Shown here: in pieces, positions 21,879 through 32,810 of the stretch
Numbering within the stretch: the first letter of the stretch is position 1
How the letters are laid out: every line of letters starts with the position of its first letter
Assembly (NCBI GenBank): GCA_963776275.1
Contig: CAVZMI010000023.1
Location: 160,001 to 224,000 of the forward strand
Length of the DNA: 64,000 nucleotides
Reading direction: 5' to 3'
Source of the DNA: Ignavibacteriota bacterium
GTDB taxonomy: Bacteria > Bacteroidota > Ignavibacteria > UBA10030 > CAVZMI01
Program-made: the position numbers and the translations under genes
The notes under the pieces: model-generated
What the model saw: only the letters and a program-made list of their open reading frames with translations
Databases searched by the model: none
What the model was told of the DNA's origin: nothing

Positions 21879-22569
21879 TTATTTTTTTTCTTCTTTCTTC
21901 GGGACTTCTGCTTTCTTTGGTTCTTCAGTCCCCTCAGCACCTTCTTCAGGTTTCTTTCCCTTGCCGATTACTTCGGGTTCAGCCGGTATCTCGGCTTCTA
22001 CTACTGGAGCTACTTCGACAACCGCCGCCGGTGGAATGACAGCGACGATAGCGTTTTCTTCACCATCTAGAATTTTTACATTCTGGAGTTCGAACGTCGC
22101 TCACATGGAGCGAGTTATTGATTTCTAACGCCGAGACGTTGAGTGTGATATTCTCTGGAATGTATCGGGGCAGGCAGGATACCCGTAATGTATGCATTAT
22201 ATGCTGCATTATTCCACCATTTTTTACTCCTGCCGGTATTCCTTGAAGGACAATCGGCACCTCAATCGTCAGCTCTTGGTCTGCTTTGATTCCCTGTAGA
22301 TCAAAGTGAACCGGAAGATCGGTTAGAGGGTCATATTGGACATCACGGAGAATACAATTGAGTGTTTCACCGGAATTCAATTTCAGGTTGATAATATGAG
22401 CTTCCTTGGTTCCAACCAGCGGTCGTAATGCCTTTTCCGTAGTCACGATCGCGATATTCTCTTCCCCTCGAGCATAATACACGCCCGGGATTTTTCCGGC
22501 ACGCCGCAATGCACGAGACTGCTTTCCACGTGAATTTCGAACCTCTGCTTCTAGAACTATTTCAGCCAT
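21879..22569 (-). CDS. rplY: 50S ribosomal protein L25/Ctc, frameshifted near 22080-22095
   Basis: RALRRAGKIPGVYY, HFDL, GVKNGG; C-terminus ..EPEVIGKGKKPEE..EEKK* in another frame ending 21879. Confidence 0.92.
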
Positions 22570-22586
22570 TGGTAATCCTCATTATT

Positions 22587-23534
22587 CTAAATCGCCTTAT
22601 CTTTATCAGTATCAAAAAGAGAACTGATCGATTGATTCAGATTCGTTCGTTTAATTGCTTCTCCGAAAACACCTGCAACTGATATGACTTCAATCTTGCT
22701 CGATGATCTCCGTAACGGCACCGTATCTGTCACCAACAGTTTTGTCACACCGCAGCTCTCAATCTTTTCGTATGACTGCCCTGAAAGGATTGGGTGCGTA
22801 CAGGCCCCATAGATTTTTTTTGCACCGGCTTCTTCAAGAACCTTTACAGCGTTTGTAAACGTGCCTGCCGTGTCGATTAAATCATCGATGATCAGAATAT
22901 TTTTGTCTTTGACATCACCGATGATATTCATTACTTCGGCGACATTTGCCTTGGGCCGTCGTTTGTCTATAAGGACAAGATCTGCCTCGAGCCGCTTGGC
23001 ATATGCGCGTGCAATCTTGATGCCGCCAACATCCGGTGAAACGACCGCAAGATTTTCCATCTTCATATCTTGGATATATTTTATAAGCACCCTTGAAGCA
23101 TATAAGTGGTCGAACGGTATATCAAAAAAGCCCTGAATTTGCGGTGTATGCAGATCCATCGCAATTACGCGATCGGCACCCGCTGTGGTGATCAGGTTGG
23201 CTACCAATTTTGCTGAAATTGATACCCGTGGCTGGTCTTTTCTATCCTGCCGTGCATACCCGAAATACGGAATCACAGCTGTGACTCGTCGTGCTGACGA
23301 CCGTTTCGCTGCATCAAGAAGGATCAACAACTCCATAAGATTTTCAGCCGGTGGATTTGTCGATTGAATGATGTATACATCCGACCCGCGGATGTTATCA
23401 TTATATTTCACCCAAATTTCACCGTCGCTGAAAGTCTGGAACGAGTTGTTTCCAAGCGGTTGATCTATCGCCTGACCAACGCGTTCAGCGAATTGCGGGT
23501 TGCTCCGCCCGGAAAAAATATACATATTGTCCAT
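22587..23534 (-). CDS. prs: Ribose-phosphate pyrophosphokinase
   Basis: FSDGE, PYFGYARQDRK, DLH, SPDVGG, DDLIDTAGT; start moved to ATG 23534 because the longer ORF overlaps the tRNA. Confidence 0.96.
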   Translation of the reverse strand: MDNMYIFSGRSNPQFAERVGQAIDQPLGNNSFQTFSDGEIWVKYNDNIRGSDVYIIQSTNPPAENLMELLILLDAAKRSSARRVTAVIPYFGYARQDRKDQPRVSISAKLVANLITTAGADRVIAMDLHTPQIQGFFDIPFDHLYASRVLIKYIQDMKMENLAVVSPDVGGIKIARAYAKRLEADLVLIDKRRPKANVAEVMNIIGDVKDKNILIIDDLIDTAGTFTNAVKVLEEAGAKKIYGACTHPILSGQSYEKIESCGVTKLLVTDTVPLRRSSSKIEVISVAGVFGEAIKRTNLNQSISSLFDTDKDKAI

Positions 23535-23550
23535 GGCTCTCGGCTTTCTG

Positions 23551-23622
23551 CTGGGGTGCCTGGATTCGAACCAGGGCATGGCGGCTCCAAAGGCCGCTGC
23601 CTTACCGCTTGGCTACACCCCA
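23551..23622 (-). tRNA. tRNA-Gln(TTG)
   Basis: TGGGGTG-TAGCCAAGCGGTAAGGC-A-GCGGC-CT-TTG-GA-GCCGC-CATG-CCCTGGTTCGAATCCAGG-CACCCCA-G; typical position upstream of prs; CCA not encoded. Confidence 0.97.
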
Positions 23623-23755
23623 GTCGGATAATCATTATTAAGCTATAAAATATACTCAAATATTAGAAAAGTGTCAATAAATTTCTCTCCATTTCTTGAT
23701 TCTCCTGAAGGATTTTTGTATCTTCGTCACTAATAAATTAAACGAAGGAGCATTA

Positions 23756-24328
23756 ATGAGAGAATTGTCTCAAAATACGGCGTCGAAATCGTTTAAAATT
23801 ACAAATACCAGCACGGTCGCCCAGGGATTTTGGATTATTGGTTTTACGATTCTAACGGCGGCAGGTGCCCGTATTGAAATTCTCCATCAACCGGTACCAT
23901 TTACCCTACAGACATTTATGGTTGTCCTTGCCGGAGGATTCCTCGGCATGCGAAATGGTTTCATAAGTCAGGTGATATATCTGGCAATGGGGTGCGCAGG
24001 ATTTCCGGTTTTCGCGGGTGGACATGCAGGACTGGCCATTCTTTTGGGTCCCACCGGTGGGTATTTACTGGCATTTCCTCTTGCAAGCTCTATTATCGGA
24101 TGGATGGTACATTTGCGAAAAGGATTTTGGTGGAATTTTTTCTCGTGCAGCATTGGTCTTGCGGCGATCTTTACGCTCGGCGCAATGCAGCTCAACATTG
24201 TCTATTTTCATAATATTTCAGATTCGATTAAAGCAGGCTTCCTGATCTTTTCATTGTGGGATGTGTTAAAACTTTTTGCTGCTGCATCGATAATCACGGT
24301 GTATAGCCGCCATTTTGTAAAGCCGTAG
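23756..24328 (+). CDS. bioY: Biotin transporter BioY
   Basis: PVPFTLQT, GFPVFAGG, GPTGGYL; SD gaaggag. Confidence 0.93.
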   Translation: MRELSQNTASKSFKITNTSTVAQGFWIIGFTILTAAGARIEILHQPVPFTLQTFMVVLAGGFLGMRNGFISQVIYLAMGCAGFPVFAGGHAGLAILLGPTGGYLLAFPLASSIIGWMVHLRKGFWWNFFSCSIGLAAIFTLGAMQLNIVYFHNISDSIKAGFLIFSLWDVLKLFAAASIITVYSRHFVKP

Positions 24329-24393
24329 GGAGATACAGAAGGGTTCACCGATAACTGCCGCCTTTTACATTAGTTTTTTAAATAAAGCTTCTC

Positions 24394-25326
24394 TTATTTC
24401 CGTCCTTCCACTGGATCAATATGGACGAATACCTTATTCACCTCACGCAGCGATTCGATCTCGTTCTGGACTTCTTTTCCGATATCGTGAGAACGCTGGG
24501 TAGCTAGTGTGCGGTCCACCTCGATATGGATTTCGATGTGGAAGCGATTGCCGACATGGTGAGATCGGAGTGCATTCACACCGAGCACACCTTCGATCTT
24601 TGTGGCCCGCCGGATAATCTCCAACATTAACTCTTCAGTTGCACCCTTGCCCATAAGATAATTAATGTTTTCTTTAGCGATCAGGTAGCCGCCGCGGGCG
24701 ATCATTAACGACACTGCGATTCCTCCAATTCCATCACACCATGTGTATCCAAAATATGAAAGGGTAATACCGACGATCGCCATCGAGGCGCACAGAACAT
24801 CGTTTTTTGCATCAATCGAGCTTGCCATGAGAGCCGGACTTTCATATTTCAGACCCACTTTCTGAAGGTGCTTTCCCATTGCAAATTTAATGATGATGGT
24901 AACCGCGAGCACGGCAAATGGAAGAATTTGGATCGAGTGAATTGTCGGTGTGAAGACTCTCTCAATAGATTCTTTTAACATGTTAAAACAGACCACGGCT
25001 GCAAAGATTGCATAGAGCAGACTTGTGATCGGTTCGGCGGCGCGATGGCCGAATGGATGATCTTCGTCCGGTGCGCGAAGAGCGATCCGTACACTATAGA
25101 TGATTCCTCCGGAGGCGATAATATCGAGAAGCGAGTTAAACGCCTCAGAGATCACTGAAATGCTTGAAATGGTGAACCCGGCATAGAGTTTTATGCAAAA
25201 TAGAAAAATATTTGCTGCGAGAGTGATGAACGCAGCCCGTGTCCGGGTCGAATGTACGTGATCGATACCTTCTTGGGGTTGATCCTGTGAGTCCTTATCA
25301 TTCATATTCTCTCCGTGGATGATCAT
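24394..25326 (-). CDS. Cation diffusion facilitator (FieF-like)
   Basis: PDEDHPFGH, DAKND, C-terminal HD..VHIDP. Confidence 0.9.
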   Translation of the reverse strand: MIIHGENMNDKDSQDQPQEGIDHVHSTRTRAAFITLAANIFLFCIKLYAGFTISSISVISEAFNSLLDIIASGGIIYSVRIALRAPDEDHPFGHRAAEPITSLLYAIFAAVVCFNMLKESIERVFTPTIHSIQILPFAVLAVTIIIKFAMGKHLQKVGLKYESPALMASSIDAKNDVLCASMAIVGITLSYFGYTWCDGIGGIAVSLMIARGGYLIAKENINYLMGKGATEELMLEIIRRATKIEGVLGVNALRSHHVGNRFHIEIHIEVDRTLATQRSHDIGKEVQNEIESLREVNKVFVHIDPVEGRK

Positions 25327-26003
25327 GAATGATTATCAAGATTTAAGAATGAATTCCATTTTTGAAAAAGAAGCGCTGTTGCCCGGATGTCACCGAGGCA
25401 ATATTCGGCGATTTCTTTATATCTACCTCCTGTGAATAAAGTTCCCATGTCGAGTCCTGTTATACCATGGCTCTTTGGACTTTCAATACCGAACTGCTTA
25501 CAATAAAAATCGAGATTGAATTTTTTTGTCGCTCCATAGTATGAAAGTTGGTCGAGCAAATCGCAGTGGATCCGGGTATCATATCGATAGGGAATAAGGT
25601 TTCTTGTAGGCTTCACACCGCGGATTGCCGACCGAAGCATTATGAATGGACAATCGAATGCCCGGCCGTTGAATGTAATGAATTGATCGTATTTAGTCAC
25701 AACATCCCAGAAATGAGAAAGCAAATCGTTTTCCGTACTGCTGATATAATCGATCTGGCCGTCGTCGCTGACATAATGTCCTTCGGTATCGGCTTGATAT
25801 AGAATTTTACCGTGGTTGGTATCCGGGTTGAGAAGGCCGATGGCAATAATCTGTGCTGTCAGAGGGTAAAGGTTGAGTTTCTGGAGTGTTTCAGTGCGCT
25901 GCTCATCATCCTGTGCAAATCGGAGAAGGTACTCCTGCTGTACCTCGTCGAATTGTTCGAGCGGAAAAGCAAGCGTTTCAATATCAAAAACGAGTCTGTT
26001 CAT
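25323..26003 (-). CDS. DEDD 3'-5' exonuclease (PolB-exo / RNase H-like family)
   Basis: VFDIET, TFNGRAFD, HCDLLD, YCLGD. Confidence 0.85.
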   Translation of the reverse strand: MNRLVFDIETLAFPLEQFDEVQQEYLLRFAQDDEQRTETLQKLNLYPLTAQIIAIGLLNPDTNHGKILYQADTEGHYVSDDGQIDYISSTENDLLSHFWDVVTKYDQFITFNGRAFDCPFIMLRSAIRGVKPTRNLIPYRYDTRIHCDLLDQLSYYGATKKFNLDFYCKQFGIESPKSHGITGLDMGTLFTGGRYKEIAEYCLGDIRATALLFQKWNSFLNLDNHS

Positions 26004-27061
26004 CGGTGCAGTGGTATACGCTCGGTTTTTGTTATTGTGTAATGAGTGAAGCCCCAGTATGCCTGTTTCGCAGTCACCTTAATGATTGTAGCGATTGGTA
26101 TTGCCAGAAGCATTCCAATTATACCCCCGAATTCATTTCCAATCAGAACGATGATCAGTACCGAGAGGGGATGCATGTTGACTGCCGTTGCGAAGGCCCA
26201 TGGTTGGATTGCTGTATTATCGACGAGCTGAATGACAAGGGTCAGGATAATAATATTGACAACTAGTGCGCTATTTCCTCCCTGGAGCACGGCTATAATA
26301 ACGGCAGGAACAATGCCGGCAACAGGACCGACGTAGGGAATCAGATTTGTAATCCCGGCGACAACCCCGAGAACGAATGCGTACTCCATCCCTATGATGA
26401 AATATCCAATGATCATCAAGATACCGACGACGAACGAGTCGAGCAGCCATCCCCGGATATACCCGGCAAGTTCGTGTCCGAGTCGGTCGACAAGGTTCAG
26501 AGTGATTTCGAAGTAGCGATTAGGGACCCGTTCGATCAGCGCTTTCAACGACTTTCGCCCGTCGCGGACGATAAAAAAAGCAATGAACGGCACAATTGCC
26601 ATAAGCATCAGGAGTGAAAATATTTTAGAAATATTGCTCAGCACTCCGTTCATGAGATCGCTTGCCGCCTCGTTTACACCCCGGGCGACATCAACTGCTT
26701 TTAAAAAGGGGACTCGGTGTTCTATTTCTTGACCGATAGCGAGCAGTTGCTGTTCCATATTCACATGTTTCATCATATCGGCAAGTAATTTAATCTGACT
26801 TATAAATAGTGGTACAGCGATCCATAATGCGATACCCAGAAGCGCACCAATCCCCAAGAAGGCGAAAATAGTTGCGGCAGTCCTTCTCAAACCATGCTGT
26901 TCCAGATAGTCAACGAACGGAGTAAGAATGAACGAGAGTAGAAATGCCAACAATACGATCATTGAAATTTCGGCAAAAAAGCCCCCGAGCCATATAATAC
27001 AGGCAACCGCTGTCAACAGAAGCGCAATTTTCTTAACGATATGGGCCGGTGGATGTGTCAT
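26000..27061 (-). CDS. AI-2E family transporter
   Basis: LTPFVDYLE, GYIRG, NLIPYVGP, MHPL..G..GMLLAIP. Confidence 0.9.
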   Translation of the reverse strand: MTHPPAHIVKKIALLLTAVACIIWLGGFFAEISMIVLLAFLLSFILTPFVDYLEQHGLRRTAATIFAFLGIGALLGIALWIAVPLFISQIKLLADMMKHVNMEQQLLAIGQEIEHRVPFLKAVDVARGVNEAASDLMNGVLSNISKIFSLLMLMAIVPFIAFFIVRDGRKSLKALIERVPNRYFEITLNLVDRLGHELAGYIRGWLLDSFVVGILMIIGYFIIGMEYAFVLGVVAGITNLIPYVGPVAGIVPAVIIAVLQGGNSALVVNIIILTLVIQLVDNTAIQPWAFATAVNMHPLSVLIIVLIGNEFGGIIGMLLAIPIATIIKVTAKQAYWGFTHYTITKTERIPLHR

Positions 27062-28110
27062 TGGTTTTGCTGATGAGCAAGCCGGTAATGTTCGAGCCCC
27101 CAGTGTGTTTCTTTCATGATGACTTTTATGACTGTCGCAACCGGAATAGCAAGAACCATCCCGATAACACCGATGAGCTGACTGCCGATAAAGATATACA
27201 GAATCACAGTAACCGGATGTGTCTTGACACTTCGTGAATAGAGAAATGGGATTATGATCATATCGTCAAATAAACGAATTCCAATGAACATAAGAGCTAA
27301 TGGAAACACCATAGTCAATCCACCAAACTGGTTCATGGAGACGACTATTGCGCTGATAGCGCTTATTAGCGGACCGATATACGGTATGAGATTAAGGATC
27401 GTGGAAACAAGTCCGAGTACCGGTGCGCTCTGGATACCGAACAACAACAGGCCAATGGTTACAAGAGACCCGACTATGACCGCCTCGATGATTACTCCAC
27501 GGATATATTGTTTTAGCTGGGTGCGAATTTTGTAGAGGACATTCAGTCCCATCTCAAAATATCGGTTCGGTATGAGTTCCACAAATCCCTTTTGCATCCG
27601 GGGACCATCCTTAAGCAGGAAAAATGTGATGAAGGGAATGATGGTTGCAAACGTTATAATCGAGGCGACGCTTGAAAGAATATCCATGGCCTGCGAGATA
27701 AGAGAAGTAAGTTCCGACTGGATGCGGGAGCTGATATCTCCCGGACGGATCATAGGGATTACTTTTCGGATTTCTTCCTCGAACCCGCGTATTCGTGCTG
27801 CGAATGGAAACTGCTGGACGGTGTTTCCGAGTACTGAGAGGTCACTGATGAGCACCGGTAGTAAAAGGGCGATAATCCATGCAATTGATCCAAAACCCAC
27901 AATGAAAATTCCCAGTATGCTAATAGTGCGTGAAACCATGTGCCGTTCGAACCATTCGACAATCGGCCAGAGGAAAAATGTGATTACTCCGGCGATCAGC
28001 ACAAGAATCCCGATACTCAAAAATTGCGCTGCAATAAATAGTGCAAGGGTAACAACAATAAGAACAATCGTTACCTTACCAATATTCGATGATAGAAATG
28101 TGTGAAACAT
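27058..28110 (-). CDS. AI-2E family transporter (paralogue)
   Basis: FFLLKDG, QYIRG, NLIPYIGP, THPV..GMVLAIP. Confidence 0.9.
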   Translation of the reverse strand: MFHTFLSSNIGKVTIVLIVVTLALFIAAQFLSIGILVLIAGVITFFLWPIVEWFERHMVSRTISILGIFIVGFGSIAWIIALLLPVLISDLSVLGNTVQQFPFAARIRGFEEEIRKVIPMIRPGDISSRIQSELTSLISQAMDILSSVASIITFATIIPFITFFLLKDGPRMQKGFVELIPNRYFEMGLNVLYKIRTQLKQYIRGVIIEAVIVGSLVTIGLLLFGIQSAPVLGLVSTILNLIPYIGPLISAISAIVVSMNQFGGLTMVFPLALMFIGIRLFDDMIIIPFLYSRSVKTHPVTVILYIFIGSQLIGVIGMVLAIPVATVIKVIMKETHWGLEHYRLAHQQNQ

Positions 28111-28116
28111 AGATTC

Positions 28117-28758
28117 TCATTCCTTGTGTAATACCTCGTCCACGACATGACCGATGATATCCCATTCGAATCCCCGTTGAGCGAGAAATTGTGCAAGCCT
28201 CTGTTTTTGTTTTTTTAGATCGAGTTTTTCAAATTGTGATCGTGAAACCCTGAGTTTTTTTCTTGCGGCAGCCAGGGCAATCGTTTCTTCTTTCTGAGTT
28301 TCAAGCGTGGCCGTCAGTACATTGTCGATAATTTCCTTGTGGATACCCTTGAGACGCAATCGTTGTAAAAGTGCGCGTCGCCCGATCGGGCGCTTCTGCA
28401 AACAATCTGTAACATAGGCTACGGCGAATTGGGTATCGTTGAGATAGCCGGACGAACGGAAATCGTCAATAAGTCTAAGGATTGTATCAGCCGAGAACCC
28501 TTTCTTCTGAAGTTTTTGATTCAGTTCTTTTTCACTATGCATTCGCCGCGAGAGATAATCGAGCGCCTTCCGCTTTGCCTGAAAGAGCTCTTCAGCTGCT
28601 TGGATTTTTGCTATGAGACTTTCATCAACCTGATCCCCGCGTCGTAATCCGAACTGAATGAGAACATCGGTGCTCATGCCGAGGAGAAATTTCCCATCGA
28701 CAATGAGATTTTTCCGTGCTGGATCCTTCTTCTGCGTTTCTATCGCAGTAATTCGCAT
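28117..28758 (-). CDS. recX: RecA regulator RecX
   Basis: ALDYLSRRMHSEKEL, GYLNDTQFA, LRLKGI, FLAQRGF. Confidence 0.9.
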   Translation of the reverse strand: MRITAIETQKKDPARKNLIVDGKFLLGMSTDVLIQFGLRRGDQVDESLIAKIQAAEELFQAKRKALDYLSRRMHSEKELNQKLQKKGFSADTILRLIDDFRSSGYLNDTQFAVAYVTDCLQKRPIGRRALLQRLRLKGIHKEIIDNVLTATLETQKEETIALAAARKKLRVSRSQFEKLDLKKQKQRLAQFLAQRGFEWDIIGHVVDEVLHKE

Positions 28759-28771
28759 TAAAAGATTCGCT

Positions 28772-29458
28772 TTACGAAAACAAACGTGCAAGTCCGAAGG
28801 CTGTTATCGCTGCCAATCCGCCGATAAAAACAGTCTGGAATGCGCTTCGAAACGGAGCCACTCCGGTAAAACGGCCTTTAACGTATCCGAAGATAATGAG
28901 TGCAAGAAACGTTACTATAACCGACATCCAGAGAGCTGTCCGAATGCTCGAGAAAAGCATGTAAGGGCCAAGAGGTATGAATCCCCCTGTAATATACGCT
29001 CCGGCAATTGTCAGGGCGCTTGTTAACGCCCTCTGGGGATTTGGTTTTTCAAGCCCGAGTTCAAAACGCATCATAAAATCAACCCATTCCTCGGGCCTTC
29101 GGCTGAGTGCTGAAACGACTATTTTACTTTCCTCTTCCTTTATTCCGTATTCCTCGAACACCCTCGTAATTTCAGCTTTTTCTTCTTCCGGGATTTCCTT
29201 TACTTCCTGTTGTTCACGAAGTCTTTCTGAGTCATAATGCTCAGCCTCACTTTTGGCAGCGAGGTATCCGCCCAGTCCCATCGCGATCGAACCGGCTGCA
29301 ATCTCTGCAAGTCCCGCGGTTACAATGATTCCCGAGGCAACCACAGCACCTGTTAATCCGGCCGCAAGAGCAAAAGGAACGGTTAGACCATCTGACATTC
29401 CTATCACAATATCACGGACTGTCTCCGATCCGGTAAAGTGAGTTTCTGTATGCGGCAT
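28772..29458 (-). CDS. VIT1/CCC1 iron/manganese transporter
   Basis: RDIVIGMSDGLTVPFALAAG, AEIAAGSIAMGLGGYLA, FMMRFELG. Confidence 0.9.
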   Translation of the reverse strand: MPHTETHFTGSETVRDIVIGMSDGLTVPFALAAGLTGAVVASGIIVTAGLAEIAAGSIAMGLGGYLAAKSEAEHYDSERLREQQEVKEIPEEEKAEITRVFEEYGIKEEESKIVVSALSRRPEEWVDFMMRFELGLEKPNPQRALTSALTIAGAYITGGFIPLGPYMLFSSIRTALWMSVIVTFLALIIFGYVKGRFTGVAPFRSAFQTVFIGGLAAITAFGLARLFS

Positions 29459-29471
29459 TTGAGAAGTGATC

Positions 29472-30566
29472 CTATGGTTTTTGTGCCGGTTTCTTAGTAG
29501 TTTGTGGTGGTTCGACTTTTTCAGGTTTTGGTGGTGTCGTCGGCGGTGATGCGATCTGCCGCTGAGGCAGACCAAGCTTTGTACGTACGCTAGTCTCGAC
29601 TTCCGCCATCATCTTTGGTGATTCCTGCAGATATTTCTTTACTGCATCCCGTCCCTGCCCGATACGTTCGGGGCCATACGAGAACCAGGCACCGCTTTTC
29701 TGGATTACGTTCAACTCGACTGCGGTATCGATCAGGTCGCCGAGTTTTGAAATGCCTTCGTTATAAAGAATATCAAATTGTGCTTCTCGGAACGGTGGTG
29801 CGACTTTATTCTTCACAATTTTCACTTTTGTTCTGTTGCCGATGACGTTTGTGCCGTCTTTCAATGCTTCGATCCGTCTGACATCCATACGAACCGATGC
29901 ATAAAACTTGAGGGCATTCCCGCCCGTTGTCGTTTCCGGATTGCCGAACATCACGCCGATTTTCATGCGAAGCTGGTTAGTGAAGATGACGGAAGTGTTA
30001 GATTTGGCAATTGCAGAAGTCAGTTTCCGTAGTGCCTGTGACATAAGCCGTGCCTGTATACCCATTTGTGGATCGCCCATCTCCCCCTCGATCTCGGCGC
30101 GCGGAGTAAGTGCTGCAACAGAATCGATGACGATAACATCCAATGCGCCGCTCCGAACGAGTGTTTCCACGATTTCCAGTGCCTGCTCTCCAAATTCGGG
30201 TTGGGATAGAAGGAGGTCGTTCACGTTTACACCGAGACGTTTTGCATATCCCATATCCATTGCATTTTCAGCATCAATGAACGCAGCAAGCCCTCCCGCC
30301 TTTTGAGCTTCGGTAATAATATGGAGACACAGGGTCGTTTTCCCCGATGATTCAGGACCATAGATTTCGATTACCCTTCCCCGAGGGACGCCCCCGATGC
30401 CCAGAGCGGCGTCAAGTGAAATCGAGCCGGTGGAAATTGATTCAATCTTGGCAACCGGACCTTCTCCAAGACGCATGACCGAACCTTTGCCATGCTCTTT
30501 TTCAATCTGGTCGATTGCGTTTTGTAATGCTTGTAGGCGCTGTGTTTTAGTCCTCTCGTCAGCCAT
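29472..30566 (-). CDS. recA: Recombinase A
   Basis: [37 protein letters not shown]. Confidence 0.99.
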   Translation of the reverse strand: MADERTKTQRLQALQNAIDQIEKEHGKGSVMRLGEGPVAKIESISTGSISLDAALGIGGVPRGRVIEIYGPESSGKTTLCLHIITEAQKAGGLAAFIDAENAMDMGYAKRLGVNVNDLLLSQPEFGEQALEIVETLVRSGALDVIVIDSVAALTPRAEIEGEMGDPQMGIQARLMSQALRKLTSAIAKSNTSVIFTNQLRMKIGVMFGNPETTTGGNALKFYASVRMDVRRIEALKDGTNVIGNRTKVKIVKNKVAPPFREAQFDILYNEGISKLGDLIDTAVELNVIQKSGAWFSYGPERIGQGRDAVKKYLQESPKMMAEVETSVRTKLGLPQRQIASPPTTPPKPEKVEPPQTTKKPAQKP

Positions 30567-30575
30567 GCGAACTCC

Positions 30576-31142
30576 TTATTTCTGTAGTGCAATGGTTTGT
30601 ATTCTTGTGTAAATGGAGCCGGTAGAACGAAGCTCGCTCTTCATGAAGTGAACCTCGTCGATGATTACTGGATGTGGTTCAAATGTAACGCTTTGGAACA
30701 TTTTAATCAAGCTCGGAATATTTTGCCTTCCCTTTACTCTTGCTAGAGTGATATGGGGGTGAAATGACCTATTTTCGCGTTCAAAGCCATATCGTACTAC
30801 AATATCGTCTATATTTTTTTTTATCCGGACAAGTGTCCCATCATCATTATGTGAACCGGCCCAGATTATACGCGGGTTTCGTGTATCGGGGAAACAACCG
30901 AGTCCCTCGTATATTAAAGAGAACGATGGGAGGTTACAGACGACATTTGAACATTCGGTCATCAGTTGAGGGAGTTGACGCTCGTCGACATTTCCTAGAA
31001 AACGAAGTGTAATATGGAGCTTTTCGGGCGGTTCCCATTTGACCTCGGCACGCGAGGTATTCAATTCAGCCTGAATTTCGCTCAACACTTGCCTGACGTT
31101 GTCGGGAGTTGGGATCGCTATGAATGTGCGGATTGATGCCAT
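30576..31142 (-). CDS. thpR: RNA 2',3'-cyclic phosphodiesterase (2H)
   Basis: Two HITL motifs, RTFIAI start. Confidence 0.92.
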   Translation of the reverse strand: MASIRTFIAIPTPDNVRQVLSEIQAELNTSRAEVKWEPPEKLHITLRFLGNVDERQLPQLMTECSNVVCNLPSFSLIYEGLGCFPDTRNPRIIWAGSHNDDGTLVRIKKNIDDIVVRYGFERENRSFHPHITLARVKGRQNIPSLIKMFQSVTFEPHPVIIDEVHFMKSELRSTGSIYTRIQTIALQK

Positions 31143-31354
31143 TTGTCTTAGTTATTTTAACTCCGTGGGCGATGAATATATAATTTCTTTTTCTAAAATA
31201 TAATACCACAGCATTATTCAGGGCAATGAGTGGTACGGTGCTCTCTTTTTAAAATCGAAATTAATAATAAGAGCACCGACACAGAGGACTCAGAGGGTCC
31301 ATAAAGGTCACAGAGTATGGGGCTTACTATTCTATTCATTATAGATGTTGTAGT

Positions 31355-32605
31355 CTATTGTTCCAGAGCAATCGAAAGGATTTTTCTCCTCACCAGCTCC
31401 ATCGCCGCCTGAGAAGCCCGCTCTTTTGTCCGCATCCGGTTATTACCGAAATTAAATTGAAGCGCGAATGAACTTTCCGTATCTGCATAACCGATCCATA
31501 CAAGACCGACCGGTTTTTCAGGCGTGCCGCCCGACGGTCCGGCTATACCCGTCGTGGAAATACCGATTGTCGTCTTGGCGGTTTTTCGGATTCCCTCAGC
31601 CATGGCAAGAGCTACTTCACGGCTTACCGCGCCATGCCGGGCAATGAGCTCAGACGGAACACCGAGCAGTTCAATCTTCGAAGCATTGCCGTATGTGACG
31701 ACCCCCCGTTCGAAGTATTCCGAACTTCCCGGAACATTCGTCAGACGATCTGCTATCATCCCGCCGGTACACGATTCGGCCACAGCAATCGTCATTTTCC
31801 GTTCCTTCAGGATGTGGCCGACTATTTCCTCGAGATCTTCTTCGCCTGTCGCATAAATATATTTATCGACTTTCGCGCGGATCTGCTGTTCTACTTCCTG
31901 AATTTTCTTCTCAGCGGCAGCAACCGACGGCTCGTTAACGGTTATGCGCAGGCGTGTGCCGTGCGGCGATGGCAGAAACGCAAGGGTTGCTCCGCCAAGG
32001 AATTCCTCGACATTTCCAAGCCGTGACGCAAGCACCGATTCGGCAATACCTGTTGTCTTTAAAGTACGATGCAGTATCGCGCGTCCGGATGCATGTGTCT
32101 GGAAATACGGTACAACGGATTCTTCCATGATACTTTTCATTTCAAACGGTACGCCGGGCATTGCTATGAAATATTTTCCATCGCGATCAAACAAAATACC
32201 CGGTGCGGAACCCATACTGTTCGGAAATACAGTACATCCCCCTGGGACCAATGCTTGTTCCTCGGACGCTTTTAATAGGGGTATATTTCGTTTACCCAGG
32301 ATTGCCTTGATATTCTCGAGGATGCTCTGATCCATGATCAGATCGGTTTGAAAGAATTTGCAGATGACTTTCTTTGTAATATCGTCGTGAGTCGGTCCCA
32401 ATCCTCCCGTCACGCATACAACATCATATATTCGGTACGCGTTTTCAAATGCCTTCAGCATCATCTCTTCATCGTCGCCGACGGTGGTCATCCGGGCGAC
32501 GGCAATCCCGACGCTGTTCAATTTTTCGGCGATGAAGGCCTGGTTGGTATTGATAACCTGACCGATCAGAAGTTCGTCACCTATTGTAATGATTTCTGCA
32601 AGCAT
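31355..32605 (-). CDS. cinA: Competence/damage-inducible protein CinA (MoCF-like + NMN deamidase)
   Basis: IGDELLIG, GGLGPTHDD, PGVPFEM, AESCTGG, TTGIAGPSG. Confidence 0.95.
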   Translation of the reverse strand: MLAEIITIGDELLIGQVINTNQAFIAEKLNSVGIAVARMTTVGDDEEMMLKAFENAYRIYDVVCVTGGLGPTHDDITKKVICKFFQTDLIMDQSILENIKAILGKRNIPLLKASEEQALVPGGCTVFPNSMGSAPGILFDRDGKYFIAMPGVPFEMKSIMEESVVPYFQTHASGRAILHRTLKTTGIAESVLASRLGNVEEFLGGATLAFLPSPHGTRLRITVNEPSVAAAEKKIQEVEQQIRAKVDKYIYATGEEDLEEIVGHILKERKMTIAVAESCTGGMIADRLTNVPGSSEYFERGVVTYGNASKIELLGVPSELIARHGAVSREVALAMAEGIRKTAKTTIGISTTGIAGPSGGTPEKPVGLVWIGYADTESSFALQFNFGNNRMRTKERASQAAMELVRRKILSIALEQ

Positions 32606-32810
32606 GAAATAATATACGATTGGGATGAATGATAAACAAAGGTAATTTTTTCCTTAAAATAACGGTTAAAAATGACCCATAGAGATTTTTTGACCTGCCC
32701 GCCTTTCTCGTGTTTCTTACGTCTCATGTTCCGTGCTTTTTACGTCCCACGCTCTTTGTGGGGCTCAGTTGAGTAGTGGGATTGGCGGAACGATGAATTT
32801 AAGGATGGCA

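Noticed and set aside
11052-22569. pdxA, pepA and rplY as true pseudogenes or programmed frameshifts
   Set aside because: Motifs are intact, breaks are short indels with no slippery-site plus stimulator pattern, and the same pattern recurs across the window, so sequencing error is more parsimonious.
23535-23659. N-terminal extension of Prs and ORF 23465-23659
   Set aside because: They overlap tRNA-Gln; they are translations of the tRNA sequence.
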